A stretch of 64,000 nt of DNA, taken from assembly GCA_030770535.1 (NCBI GenBank), contig JASVEC010000025.1, positions 434,001 to 498,000 of the forward strand. The letters are read 5' to 3'. Both the position numbers and the translations under genes were made by a program. Source of the DNA: Batkoa obscura. Lineage: Eukaryota. This document shows, piece after piece, positions 25,441-38,716 of the stretch. Under the pieces are notes generated by a model. The model was not told where the DNA came from. It did no database searches and saw nothing but the letters and a program-made list of their open reading frames with translations. The stretch's first letter is position 1. Each line of letters begins with the position of its first letter.

Positions 25441-25924
25441 TCAGTTCATTTTTTCAAATATTTTGATATTTGTACTTGAAGATATACTATAAGTCTAACT
25501 GTAGCTTGTATCAATTTACAGTAATTAATCATAATACTAAATTACTTATTTATAAAACTAATAGTCGATTTTAATTTTTTATAATAGTGTCAAATTGACT
25601 CAAAGTTTTCATACTTCTATTGAATCTACTAGTAATGCTAGAATATTTTACTTAATGAAACAAGCTTTAAACTGTATAAGCAGTATAATAGGTAGACACT
25701 AAAGATATATAAAGTATAAGACTAATAAACTAATAGTTAAAGATTACTTAATATATTAAAATATTTATTATGCCACTAACAACAACGTAATGTTATCAAA
25801 AAGAAACTAATTTTTCCTAATTAGAATGAGCTTTCCAAAGCTTACTTTAAAAAGTTAGGCAAGCTAAGCCTTGTTATTATAAATAATAGCAAATATTTAA
25901 AAGAAGCTGCAGAAAAAAATAAAA

Positions 25925-26287
25925 CATTGGAGAAATATCAAGCTTCTTTTTTGCTGGTGAAAGTGAAGAAGACTTGACACCAAAAGAAAATTTACCTGAA
26001 GTTTGGTTCTGTGATAAAAGTAACGTAGGTAAAGATCGACTGTTGAACGCATTGTTTGGTACTGTTATTGGCAGTTCTATTGTAAGTTGACTGAGTATCC
26101 TGATACTACCAAGCAATTGGATTTTTTTGAGTCAGGTAAAGTAATCTATTTGCATGGTATAGTTGGCTATAAGCTTGTTTATTCTAGAGAAAAGCTTTTA
26201 AAAAATAGGAAAATATAACTAAAAGCTATTTAAAAGGACTTAAATTGGTTTATTTCTTAGTTAATTCTAAAGATAGTAAATTATACA
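25925..26287 (+). pseudogene. Decayed partial copy of the EngB-type GTPase gene at 32176
   Basis: FFAGES..PKENLPEVWFCDKSNVGKDRLLNALFGTVIGSSIV, then stops and frameshifts; colinear with about 32420..32790; P-loop destroyed. Confidence 0.85.
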
Positions 26288-26732
26288 GCATTTTGAATTT
26301 ATACATGTGTTGGGTAGCAATAGTTTTCACAATTAACAAATTGTTTTGTTGCGCTGATTTATAGGTTGACTATTGAACTTGTATTTTTATACAGACAGTT
26401 AGCGCACATTTCAACTTAAATAGCAGGATCAATAGTTTTTTGATTTATCTTAAATAATAGTGAATCCGTTTTTATTACAGCTGTTATAAATAGTTCCAAT
26501 AATTTATTTATCTATTTCAAAAGTAAATCCTGAAAATTGGATTTTGTTATTTTTATAATGTTAACTCTTATTATTCAAAAAAAAATTCATTAAGGAATTA
26601 CTTAATAACTAATTGAATAAATGTAGTCTACTAAATAAGTATAAATAATTGTTATTTTTCTATAAACATTAAAAATCAGCAAAAGGATTAACTTATAATA
26701 ACTTGTTTTATTACTGTAGATGTCCAACCTTA

Positions 26733-27122
26733 CTAAAGCTCATCATGATAATCCATGAACTTATCAGTATCAAGCCATAATCTAGTACAACCAACATCCT
26801 CTTGCTTTTTAGATTTACTCAAGCTATGTTTATACACTTTCCAACTATCGTTATTATCAACAAGAACTTTAACTTCACTTGCATTACAGTCAATAATTTG
26901 AACGCTATAATCCTCATTTGATCCAAAATAAATCTCATAACCCTTACCTTCATTTTTATTATCGAATTTTTGGAAACGAGAAGGTCCATATTTACTACTG
27001 GTATCCTTGATATAACAACCATCGTTATGAACGCAAACAGTGGCATAGTGTTTACTTTTACAAGTTACAGTGCTAGCTAAAAGGCAAAATAAGGCGGAAG
27101 TAATGGGAGCTTTGTTAAACAT
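26733..27122 (-). CDS. Small secreted Cys-containing protein, 129 aa
   Basis: Signal peptide; HYAxVCVHxDxCYI and GCTRLWxDTDK shared with 28709..29098. Confidence 0.85.
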   Translation of the reverse strand: MFNKAPITSALFCLLASTVTCKSKHYATVCVHNDGCYIKDTSSKYGPSRFQKFDNKNEGKGYEIYFGSNEDYSVQIIDCNASEVKVLVDNNDSWKVYKHSLSKSKKQEDVGCTRLWLDTDKFMDYHDEL

Positions 27123-28708
27123 TGTTAATTAAAATAAAAAATTGAATTAATAGATAATTAAGAACTAAATTCTATTCATTTAAATATATCTATACTTTTC
27201 ATCCCTTACTTAATTAGGGATATTACTTGGCTTTTTTACATTTTACCACGTATACTAATATTTCTCTAATGGTGTAAAACCTGGATCACAAATGGCTGAA
27301 TTAATGGTCAAATTTTACTTTTGATGTTTATTCCTATCGTGTCAGACATGTACTATTTAGAATGTTTCTGATTTTAGGTCAAGGTATATAAAGAATAATA
27401 AAAGATTATATATTCTAGTCAGAGAATGAATAAAATAGTAAACTTAATAAATTGGTTTATTCATTATAAAAAATAAAAATAACTCATTTCACTTAAGTCT
27501 TATAATATGTCGACAATGAATATTATAAAGAACTTATTATTATAACTTTAATTTAGTTAATTAGATATTCTACATAGATACAAATAAATAAACACATATG
27601 GAAATGTATGATTTTTATTAGTTGAAAAAAATACTTGTTAATACGGAGAATCTCAAGCAAGAGAATTACTTAAAATATTTATAGTATGATGATTAAAATT
27701 AATAACGCTATAAGAACATGGTTCATTTCATGATGTAATCTGATTTTAATAAAATAATACTTTTTTTAGTTTTTTTAACATTTTATAACAATGATTTGCT
27801 TTATAAAGAGTCATTTGTACTTTAAACTCTAATCACTTAAACACTTTTTATAGTTAAAGGACAAACTTTACATTATCCAAAATTGTGAAAGACCTTTTAT
27901 ATGTTTATTCTTTCTCTTTGCCTTGATTTACCTCTTTTTTGTCATATTATATTGATTGTACATTTACATGCTATCTATAAATTGAAATAAACTATTGTTA
28001 ATTTTAAAAGTTTGAATATCTGAAAAATTAATATTTTTATTAAATATGCCACAATAAAGATTAAAATTATGAAAACCTTATAGTTCATGATGTAAGCAAT
28101 TGCCCTTATATTTTTCCATCGTGACATAAAATTTTTATAAAAGAATAATACTCTTTCTTGGCAATTTATATATCAACCAATATTTTCTTAATAGAATCTT
28201 TACACTTTCATACGTTAATTGTTTTTTTGTATTATTATATAATATCTAATTAATTATAGTAAAGCTTTTTTAAGGTATTATTTAGAGATGTTTCATTAAC
28301 ATAATTATATAACTTATGTGAACTAGTTTATTTTTATTTGTATATATAATGAATAAATAGATTTAATTATTAAGTTTATTATTCCATTCATATCCAGATC
28401 GATTTCTCAATATACACTTTCTTTTATTATCCTTTAAATATATTAATCTCATGTTAAAAACACTTTAAATAGTATATGTATGACATTAAAATTTGACAAC
28501 AAAAGTAAGGTTTATCATTAATTCACTCATTTGTGTTCCAGATTTGCATCATTGCAAATAAAAAATTCAACAAATTGGTATGTGTGATAAAATATAAAAA
28601 AGCCAATATTCTTGATTAAGTAAGGGATGAGAAGTTTATATATATTCAAATGAATAGAATTTACTTTTTATCGAATTTTCAAATTAAAACTTTTATTTCT
28701 TACTAATA

Positions 28709-29098
28709 ATGTTAAACAGAGCTACTCTTACTTCTGCCTTTCTTTATTTTTGGATCAACACAATAGCTTGTAAAAATGAACATTATGCTAATGTTTGTGT
28801 TCATAAAGATGACTGTTATATTATTAGAGATACCGATTCTAAACATGGCATGTCTGAATTGAAAACAGGTGCTACCTTAAAATTCAGTGAAGGGTGTTGC
28901 TCATCATCCTTTACCTTCAATAAAGAGTATAGTATTAACGTTTTAACTTGTAATGCAAATGAAGTTAAGGTTCTTGTTGATAACGATGTTAGTTGGAAGG
29001 TATATAAATACAGCTTAAATAAAGTTCAAAGACAAGGAGATATTGGTTGTACTAGATTATGGATGGATACTGATAAATTAGTAAAATATAATGATTAG
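28709..29098 (+). CDS. Small secreted Cys-containing protein, 129 aa (paralogue)
   Basis: Same motifs, including EVKVLVDNxxSWKVYKxSL. Confidence 0.85.
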   Translation: MLNRATLTSAFLYFWINTIACKNEHYANVCVHKDDCYIIRDTDSKHGMSELKTGATLKFSEGCCSSSFTFNKEYSINVLTCNANEVKVLVDNDVSWKVYKYSLNKVQRQGDIGCTRLWMDTDKLVKYND

Positions 29099-29769
29099 CT
29101 TTAAGTTATTTTGATTCTTTTATACTAACAAATAAAAATTGTATAATTTACCCTTAATTTTATAAAAATCTTCAATGATTTAGCTTTTTTAATATTGGAA
29201 TGCTAGTATTTTTGGCTTATAATCTTACCAGCTTCTCATACACATCAATATTAGAGTATAACGTGGCATATGGAACTATTTCTTTGAACAACAAATAATA
29301 TCATCAAATTAATCGATTTTTACAATTTAACATAATAATCAAGTTTAAAATGGATACTTAATAAAAGGAGGATAGTAATAAAAAGAACTTTTTAAATAAA
29401 ATACAAATTAGTTTTCTTTATCAAACGGACTTGATAGTTTGTGTAAAATAGATACTCTATTTTTATACGATAATAAATTTGTAACTATTAGTACTATTGT
29501 CTTTGAATGGACTGTTTGTAATTTCAAAAATATACAATAAACTTATTGGTAAAATAAATAAACTAAAAATTACAATATTGAATACCAAATACAACTATTT
29601 TGTGTAACTTAAACCAATGGCATTAATATGGCTTAAATTATAATCACTACAATTCCTATCTTTAATTCTAGCTTCAACTCTAATCTATCCTTAACACTAG
29701 CGCTGCACCTAATAGTAGCCCTAGCCCTAACCTTAGCATTAAAGTTAGCTATGATTTTAATTTAAACAC

Positions 29770-29855
29770 TAATGCTAACCCTGATAGCAATCCCAATGCT
29801 AGCTTTAATGCTAACTTTAATGCTAACTTTAATGCTAACTTTAATGCTAACTCTG
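29770..29855. repeat. 12-bp tandem repeat (TAATGCTAACTT) within a 6-bp-periodic tract
   Basis: About four near-perfect units plus degenerate flanking units. Confidence 0.8.
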
Positions 29856-30239
29856 TTAGTAATCCTATTATTAATCCTAATCTAGTTTTAATAATACTAT
29901 AATATTTTACATTAAAATAACTCACTACAATAAGAAAATATTTTAATTTATTAGCATGATCCCCAGTTTATTAATGTTAGCACTTTATTTGACATTTTAT
30001 TAATTTCTATGATAAAAGAAGATTAATTTTAAAAGAGGAGCCAATCACTAATTTAATTAGGATTTAAAGTTTTTTGTTATTATAAAAATAACTCATTATA
30101 TTTTATAAACTAATTAAAGTTTATAAACCAGGGTTTAATATTTGAAAAAAGGATAAACCCAAAAAAACAAAAAACAAAAAACAAAGTATAAATAGACCTA
30201 CAATTTTAGATAGTCTCTACTTTTTAAAAAAAAGAAATC

Positions 30240-31625
30240 ATGTTTTTTTATCACTTCTACTCCATACTATTCCTCCTTATACTCATTTTTCCACAAGTTT
30301 CTAGTTGGATTATCACGGGTAGCACATGTGCAATGATGAATGAAAGGATGTACATTACTGGGGGCTTTAAAGATTAAAAAAAAAACATGCCATTATTTAT
30401 CGTTGAATTAAACCAACGATTTCAAACAGATAATTTTCAACTTAACAATAGCTCATTAGTCCAAACCAACACTATCCCTAATAATAATACGGACTTCTAT
30501 GCTACCTTTGGAGAAGCTCAAAATGGAAATAGCTTATACTTCTATGCCAATCAGGGGTTGCAGTATTATGATTTACAATCTAATGAGATAACGAAGAATA
30601 ATAATATTATGTCATCAGTTATTAATTTTTTTCTGCTTGGATCACTCACAGTGATTATTTTTGTATCTTTGGTGGGCATAAAATAGACCATAATAAGTTA
30701 ACAAATGAATATATAAAATTTAATGTGACCGATAAGAAGTGGTATACGATGCCAACGGGTACTCGATTATTACCTTTAGAACATTATCAAGGGATACTTT
30801 CTGATGGTCACTTTTATATATTAGGTGGTATGAATAAGAAGGGTATATTAACAGATTTAGGTGAAATTTATGCGTTTGATATAGTTAATATGGTATGGAA
30901 AGTACAATCAACAAAGAATGGTAATATTTATAAAGGAGCAAAATTCACCCCGATTGCTTATAAAAACTACGCCATTATACAAGGTGGTAGTAACTCTCTG
31001 AACTCCACCGATCCCAACTATAAATCATATAATAATGTGATGGTATTAAACTTAGCTACATAGGAATGGTGAGAATATGAATTGAATTTAGATACTTATA
31101 ATCCTACCTATTTTGGTAGAGCTTCTTATTCTGCTTAGTTGGTAGGCAATCAATTAGTGCAATTTTTAGGCGATGAGAAATCTCTCGCGCTTCAAGTCCA
31201 AGTTATTGATTTAGATACGTTCATGGTAGCAAAAGAATATATACCACTACTTAAAACTTTTTGTACTAAAGCTTATTTGGGTGATTGTGACGATAATAGT
31301 AATAGTAAAAATAACAATACGGATAGTACCGATTTGAACTGTAACTCACAAATTAATTTACTCTTAGTGTTGGGGATAGGTATCATTGGGATTACTATTA
31401 TTGTTTTATTGATATTCGATGGAATTTATTATTTTAAATGTAAAAAGAAAAAATTATAAAGGGATATTAGAAAGGGATATTAGAGAAAACAATGATCTCT
31501 TTTTAGAAGCTATTCACCCAAGTATTAAATTTGTTTGGTCCGAAAACGATGGTACAAATTTAAATCATGCTCCTAACTCTACAGCCAAGAACAGTAGATT
31601 AAATATCAATAATATTAATAATTGA
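30240..31625 (+). pseudogene. Pseudogene of the Kelch-type membrane protein family (closest to 40712..42073)
   Basis: Colinear with the paralogue from the ATG to WSENDGTN; stops at 31061, 31070 and 31136; frameshifts. Confidence 0.88.
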
Positions 31626-32175
31626 AGATTGTTAAATGGCGTTGATGTTATTGAGTTATTACAATAGTACCGCGCTTTTATATCAATTCAATACATGGTT
31701 GATAGTTCTTAATAAAAAATAAAAAGAGTTTTTACTATATACATTTACATTTTAAATTAAATTTGCTTAGGGTAAACATACACAATAATACTAAATCTAA
31801 TTTAAGAATCTATCTGAGGTATAGTTTGACATGTGTACAAATGTTTTACTCCAAAAAAGCCACTATTTTGTGATTGATTTTATACTTCTATTATTTTTAT
31901 TATTTTGTCACATTTTGTAACTTAATAAATAGCTATTATCTTTAAAATTAGCACTATTTTTAATAAGTGGGACATTAGTTTACTTACATCCCAAACCTAA
32001 CAATTAATTTCGCTTTTTTGCTTGAGAATGAGCTGCGAGAATTCCCCAAACACAATTTGCATTAGATTAGCCAATAATGCTTTTAGATTGTAAATAAAAA
32101 TAATGAGAAAAATTCACCATTATTGATAGAAAATTCGAGATTTAACTTTTTTTATTTTTATTTTCGATAGATTGG

Positions 32176-33399
32176 ATGTTTAAACTGATTCAAAATATCA
32201 AACCAAGGACCGAATTAATAACTAATAATTATTTAAAATTGATAACGAGTAATTATGCTACCAATAACAGTGTCACTCTATCCAAAAGAAAACAATTTAT
32301 GCAAATTAATTTTTCTCCGACAACTTTGAAAAAGTTAGACGAATTAGGTTTAGGTATCGTCAAAAACAGTAAATATTTGAAAAGTGACCGTCGCAGAAGA
32401 TATGAGGAAGATATAGATGAAGTTCCAAGTTTACAATTTTTTGCTGGTGCAAGTGAGAAATCATCGATACCAAAAGAAAGCTTACCAGAAGTTGGATTCT
32501 GTGGTAGAAGTAATGTGGGTAAAAGTAGATTATTGAATGCCCTATTCGGCACAGTTATTGGTGGGTCTATTGTTAGATTCGCTGATCGTCCAGGTGTCAC
32601 TAAACAATTGAATTTTTTTGAGTTGGGCAAACAAATACATTTAGTCGATATGCCAGGATATGGATTCGCTTATGCGAAAGAAGAAGTTTTAAAGGAATGG
32701 AAAGAGGTTATTGAAGGCTATTTAAAAGACAGGAAAAGTCTTAAATTGATTTATTTATTGGTGGATTCTAGACATGGTAAGTTATATACTAGTGGTATTT
32801 TAGTTTGTCTTATCTTATTTTTTAGGGTTTAAAGATACTGATAGAGAATTTATGGAAGTTTTAAAAAGGTAACCGAATTTTAAATCCAGTGTTTGTAAAA
32901 AATATTAAATTTACTTTTTTATAGATTAGATATTAAATTTCAAGTAGTAATGACAAAATGTGATTTAGTAGTAAGAGAGATATTAGCAAGACGCCATGAT
33001 GTAATGTTAAAAGTAATGCTACTTACTAAAGTTATTTATAAATACTAACTTTATTAGGAACTTCAAGAGAATTATAAAACAGCAATGGACGTTATAATAC
33101 CAGTTTCATCTAGTAAATTAAATGGTATCCCAACTTTAAGAAAAAAATTACTTCATCAAATGGGATATAAATTCGCAAAGAATAAGAGAGAAGAAAAGAG
33201 AGCTCAGATAGAAAAAGAAAGTAAAGATAAAAAGCAAATAACAAAGGATAGTAAGAACAAAAACCAAATAGAAAATAGGAGTAAAGATAAAATAGAGACC
33301 AGTAAAGTGAACAAAAAAGAAGCAAACAAGGATAAAAAAGAAAAGTATAATTCAAGATTATCGATAGATCTATTAAAAAATAATATTTATGATGTTTAA
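32176..33399 (+). CDS. engB: EngB/YihA-family GTPase, probably mitochondrial; exons 32176-32776, 32826-32868, 32925-33012, 33058-33399
   Basis: G1 GRSNVGKS, G2 PGVT, G3 DMPGYG, DSRHG, G4 TKCD after splicing; basic N-terminal extension. Confidence 0.9.
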
Positions 33400-33451
33400 A
33401 ACCATATTTTTTTCAAATAATTTTTTTATTAATTTTTATATTTTTACTTTT

Positions 33452-34108
33452 TTAATAAGTATTTTTTGGTGGAAGGGTAATAGTACCACCAAAATCGAAA
33501 TTAGCATTTGTACCATCAGTACGACCAATACCAACATCAATACCACCCGATAGTATAGTACCAGTAACTGGGTCCCTACTAATAGCTCCGCCATAAGATA
33601 CAGAGATTCCAGTTTTATCATTGGCAAACCCAAAAGAACCACCTGTACCTGCATTCATAGAGGTACCAGACGTAGATTGGTAATCGGAATTAGTACTGTA
33701 ATTGGAATTTGGTGCAACTGAACCATAGGTGGCACCTCCACCTGTACCAGCGGAATAAGTTACTCCACTACTTGCAATTGGGGCCGCAGTACCTACCGAT
33801 CCTTGTACCATGGTTGCTCCACCCGTGGCATTAGCACCATCACCAATAGTAGTGTAAGCTAAAGAACCAAAGGTAGTACCTGTTCCTGAACCTGAACCAC
33901 TTGCACTACCGGTGCTGGTACTAGCAGTGCTTGGGGTATCGGTGCTTGTATTGCCAGTGGTTGAAGTATTAGTACTGGTATTACTTGGGTAGGATTTATT
34001 GTTTCCTTTGGACGGTTTATTATCATTCTTATTATTATTACTATCACGTTTCGTTGGAGCAGCAATAGTGCTTGCAATTAAGACTAAGGTTAATAAATGG
34101 AATTTCAT
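33452..34108 (-). CDS. Secreted Ser/Thr/Gly-rich protein, 218 aa
   Basis: Signal peptide followed by APTKR (Kex2-type site); Gly/Thr-rich body. Confidence 0.8.
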   Translation of the reverse strand: MKFHLLTLVLIASTIAAPTKRDSNNNKNDNKPSKGNNKSYPSNTSTNTSTTGNTSTDTPSTASTSTGSASGSGSGTGTTFGSLAYTTIGDGANATGGATMVQGSVGTAAPIASSGVTYSAGTGGGATYGSVAPNSNYSTNSDYQSTSGTSMNAGTGGSFGFANDKTGISVSYGGAISRDPVTGTILSGGIDVGIGRTDGTNANFDFGGTITLPPKNTY

Positions 34109-35511
34109 TTTTTTAGTAGTAGAGATTAATAATATGAGTTTTTTTGATTATTTATAAAACTTTTGTTATTTTGATGAGTTTTTATGCTTTCTTTTGAAGT
34201 CTACTTATACTTACTTTTTACAAACTTGACTTTCCTCCCCTATGTAATGCTAGTTTTTACTTATATTGAACTTTGTTTTTAATATATGAGATATTGAACC
34301 CCCTTATCATTATTCCGCCCACCATTATTTTCAACTAAATTGAATTTTTTAGTTGCTTACAATTTCTAAGCATTGATGACACTAACTTGTTTTGGTAAAT
34401 TTCAAGCTAAAAGTTGATTGTTATTAGTAAATTTTTTTTAGAGTTTTAATCAAAAGGTTAGTGTTGTAGCTAGGTTATTAATGAAATTCTATGTTTTTTA
34501 TATGAAGCTTAGTCTATAAAATATGGGGTGATTTTGTTGATCTATTATCCAAATTATGATACTTTTTACAATCTATTTTAAACCTCTATTCTAGTATAAA
34601 ATGCCAGAGTATCAGAATTCTAATTACTAAATATGAGGAATAGTCTAAACTTTTTACCAAGTTTATTAAACTGAAATTACAGGGGTTAATGAAATTATTA
34701 AATTTTTGGTGTCTTTTTTTTAAAGTTGTCTCAATTCCATTCAATAGCATAAGATTGACTAAAAAAAGTGAGAATCTGGATCACTTAAATATTTTAATCT
34801 GATGTTTAATATTACGAACATGAATGATACATGATCATAAAGATGAGTTTTGATAAGGTGGTTTCTTTTTACAATGCCTCTTAGACTGAATACCCTATTC
34901 TATTGTTCCAAAATTATAATATTACTTTTTCCTAAACTATTTAAAAATTTTAACTCGATATTGATTGTTACAAATTTAATGGTAAAAGAATAATGCTTGT
35001 CTTTGATATTATGACTTTTATTTTACATCCTTAATTAATTTGAATGATGTTTGATTCATATAAAAGGATTGAAGTTTATAATTAACTAAAATACAATACC
35101 TCACTTACATAAGCAAGTAACGGATGAAGTATAAGAGTAACAAAAAGAGGTAAAACTAACTAGTATAGTGGATAAAGTAAGAAGCCTATAAAGGGCGATA
35201 TAAAATATTAATCAATGATATTAATACAACGATTAAAGAAATTAACGCTGGAAATTTTTTATCTTTGAATAAATTATGGCATTTTTTTAAAAACTCAATT
35301 TTTTAAACCAGAGCAACAAATTCTCAATAATAGTTTTATTACTTTAGTGAGATTAGATGTAGAATAAATTGAGTTTCTAAGCAACAATTAAAATTTGAAG
35401 CAAAAAACATTAGAATACTTAATTATCAAATTAATATTTATTCTATTAAGTTTCAATATATTCAAAAAAACAAAATATATAAATCTTGCTTAATCAATCT
35501 TCAACTGAAAG

Positions 35512-35594
35512 GATCAGGTGGCCGAGTTGGTCTAAGGCGCCGTGTTAAGGCCGCGGTCTCTTCGGAGGCGTGGGTTCGAATCCCATCCTGATCA
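35512..35594 (+). tRNA. tRNA-Leu(AAG)
   Basis: Acceptor GATCAGG/CCTGATC; anticodon arm CCGTG-TTAAGGC-CGCGG; variable arm; GGTTCGAATCC. Confidence 0.95.
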
Positions 35595-36122
35595 TACTTT
35601 TATTTTTATTGAAATAAATTTATATGAGTTGTTTGATTTCGTCATTTTTTCAAATAGAGACCTCCATCTCCTCCTATGGTTCTTTTTATCTAAAATTTTA
35701 ATGAATTGTGAGTAGTTTATTTAATAAGATGGTCATTTATAAGTCAAAGAGTTGTATGTTGGGATAAGGAATGGGTTTAAAAGTGATAGGATAGAGACAA
35801 CAATGAAAGAAGTGAGAGAGATAAATATTGATACTTTAATGGAAGAATCAATATATTTTATTATATATTGATTGTGGTGTTGGGAAAATATATTTAATTA
35901 TAGTATGTGAATATAATGATTGAATGTAGATAATAAAAGGGCTAATTCTTTAATATTTGGTATGAATAAGAAGTAATAAGGGTTTTATTAAAGTTAATAT
36001 AATAATTAAATGGAATGTTTATTTATAGTAGAATCAAAATTAAAATATAATATAATAATAATTTTTATTTAGAATAATTGATGTATAACATAATGAATAG
36101 TGAGTAACAAATAGTGTTTAAA

Positions 36123-37733
36123 TTAATCCACGAACTTTTCATTAATCACTGACATATAATTTTCACCAGGCATAATGGTATCGGACCTTAACACAAACAA
36201 AGGGTTCTCCTGTTCACCTGTTGGACTGATTGGAGCTGAAGCTGAAGAATTGGTATGATGATTTGAACCATTATTACTCATACCATTACTATTATTATTA
36301 ATATTATAAGAACCTCTATTAGTTGAATTTAAGGTGGAATCTGAAAAATGAGAATTATATTTCATCGAATTATTACTATGATATTTTTCAGTAACTTGAG
36401 AATTAGGACGATAATTGGAATTAGTACCATCATTTTCACTCCATAATGGGTTGAGATTAGGCTGAATAGGTTCTAAAAAGGGTTCAGGTTCAGGTATTTC
36501 TTTTTTTAATTGTTGTACTTTTCTCCGATAATAAAAAAAGATAAGGATTATTATTATTATTAATACAATCACTCCTACAGTCACTCCAATAATTAATGGT
36601 AAATTAGTAGAAGATTTGGAATTGTCATTGTCATCATCATTATATTCCCCAATAAAGGCATTAGAATACCAAGATTGAGGTGGGGGATAGTATTGTTTAG
36701 CTACCAAAAAATTATCTAAATTAATAACTTGAGCTTGATTAAAAGTACTCAAATTATTCGTTTCACCTAAAAATTGAACTAATTGATTACTTACTGTCCA
36801 AGCAGAATAAGAAGCTCGTGCGAAATTAGTATTAGTATTAGTATTATCTTCATTTTTTAATTGAATTCGACGCCATTCCCAGGTAGTTGTATCCAATACC
36901 AATACATCCGAATAAATTTCAAAATCTTTATATGTTGAATTAATATTACTTGCACCCCCTTGAATAATGATTTTATTTCCATAAGCAACAGGCATAAATT
37001 TAATAATAGGATCTTGATTTTCTCCACTTGTTTTTTGTTTAGTCCAAGCATTAGTTCTAAAATCATAAATATAAAGTTCACTTAAATCTCTTACTGTACC
37101 ATCCGAAGTTATTCCACCTAATATAACAAACCGATTTTGAGTTAAAAATACACTTTGATGATACTCTAAAGGTTGTAACGAATCATCACTAGGTTCTGAC
37201 ATCCATTGAAGAGAAGATGTATTAAATCTCCAATATTCATTAGTCAATTTATTACTATCAGTTAATCTTCCACCAAACATACAAAAAACATTAGAATGAG
37301 TAATCCAAGCAAATCCTTTTCTATTTGGTGGTGATTGTATGTTAATTTGATTATTAAATCCCCCAGTTGATAAATCTAAATATCTTAACGGTGAATTATT
37401 AGAACTAACATCTCCACCATACATCCATAATTTTGTTCCATTCACTCCTTCCCCAAATATAGCCCCAAAAGTAGGTACATTGACATTGGAGCCAAGGGAA
37501 CTTATATCGACATTGAAACTATCTTGTAATTTAAATTGGCTCACATCAAATGATTTGTTTAATTGAATAGTAATTAAATTGGTATATTGGGAACTGACCT
37601 TAGTGTTACTCGCTGTTCCTCCAGTGATGTACATACGTTGATTCATAATGGCACATGAACTTCCACTGATGGATTGAGTAACTATTAATGTTAATTGAGT
37701 TATTAAGTTGAATAAAAGATATAATAATATCAT
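36123..37733 (-). CDS. Kelch-repeat single-pass membrane protein, 536 aa
   Basis: Signal peptide; repeated hydrophobic-GG...Y/W motifs; one TM followed by RRK; Asn/Ser-rich tail. Confidence 0.88.
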   Translation of the reverse strand: MILLYLLFNLITQLTLIVTQSISGSSCAIMNQRMYITGGTASNTKVSSQYTNLITIQLNKSFDVSQFKLQDSFNVDISSLGSNVNVPTFGAIFGEGVNGTKLWMYGGDVSSNNSPLRYLDLSTGGFNNQINIQSPPNRKGFAWITHSNVFCMFGGRLTDSNKLTNEYWRFNTSSLQWMSEPSDDSLQPLEYHQSVFLTQNRFVILGGITSDGTVRDLSELYIYDFRTNAWTKQKTSGENQDPIIKFMPVAYGNKIIIQGGASNINSTYKDFEIYSDVLVLDTTTWEWRRIQLKNEDNTNTNTNFARASYSAWTVSNQLVQFLGETNNLSTFNQAQVINLDNFLVAKQYYPPPQSWYSNAFIGEYNDDDNDNSKSSTNLPLIIGVTVGVIVLIIIIILIFFYYRRKVQQLKKEIPEPEPFLEPIQPNLNPLWSENDGTNSNYRPNSQVTEKYHSNNSMKYNSHFSDSTLNSTNRGSYNINNNSNGMSNNGSNHHTNSSASAPISPTGEQENPLFVLRSDTIMPGENYMSVINEKFVD

Positions 37734-38159
37734 TGTTAAATTAATATATTAAAAAATTGAATAAATTGAATAAAAAATTTCAATGAAGAAAAGTAGAGTT
37801 GAGTTTTTATATATCTTTATTTTTTAAACTAATAATCCCCTGAATTGAAAGGTTATTTATTTGTAATTTTAATGATTTTAAAAGTCGATTTTAAAGCCTA
37901 TTATTATTATTTTACCTCAAATATAATACCCATTTTTGATAATTTTCTCCGTTTAAGGCACTTAATTTTTAAATCTTTTTTTAAAACACTACCCCCCCGA
38001 ATCGTCCATTAATTTTGTATTCAATCTTTAAGCTTTAAACTGTGATTCACCCCAATTTTAGCCTAGCATTTGGGTCTATTATAATAGCCCATTGATGGGG
38101 AAATTAAGTATAAGCATTATAAAACTATGAATTGTATTTTATTTTGAATTTTATAATAT

Positions 38160-38230
38160 TTATTTATACCTTTTTATTAATTTTAAATTATTTATACCTT
38201 TTTATTAACTTTAAATTATTTATACCTTTT
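38160..38230. repeat. 28-bp tandem repeat, about 2.5 units
   Basis: TTATTTATACCTTTTTATTAA(T/C)TTTAAA repeated. Confidence 0.7.
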
Positions 38231-38716
38231 AAAAACTTATTGTGAGTTTAAAGATAAATTCTAATAAAATTACCCTCATTGTTATATTAGAATAAACGCA
38301 GTCCTTTCAAATGTAAAATATAATTTCAAACTTAATAAAAAAATACCCTCAATTGAGCTTGGTTTACTTAATTGAAGTTTATATTTTAAAACTAAGGGTT
38401 TTTATTGTTATTCTAATTTTAAGACTAAGATTTGTTATTATTCAGTTAAATTTAAAATTCAATTATAAATAAAAGATCTGGATTTTAATTTTGTTACTCT
38501 ATTTATTAAATTCGTTAGTTTTGTATAATAAAATACAAGCATATAAATAAGTAGAGAATAAATAATGAAGTTAGATTTATTAAAAAAAATGAGTTTGTTG
38601 TTTATGTAGAGAGTAGCAAAAAGAAAAAGATTAACTAATAAATTCCAAAGTTTAAAGATAGAGACAAAGAAAGAAATGTGGGAGTAGAATAAAATAGAAA
38701 ATACAAATATATACTA

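Noticed and set aside
25877..26116. Homologous antisense ORFs over the GTPase and its pseudogene (also 32253..32630)
   Set aside because: Shadow frames of the sense-strand gene; no independent coding signal
29710..29740. CCCTAG-CCCTAA-CCTTAG as interstitial telomere repeat
   Set aside because: Only one exact unit, within a degenerate 6/12-bp tract
31061..31138. Trp-to-TAG and Arg-to-TGA changes as stop-codon reassignment or RIP
   Set aside because: The same loci carry frameshifts; intact genes end in TAA, TAG and TGA; mutation contexts are mixed and the young duplications are not hypermutated
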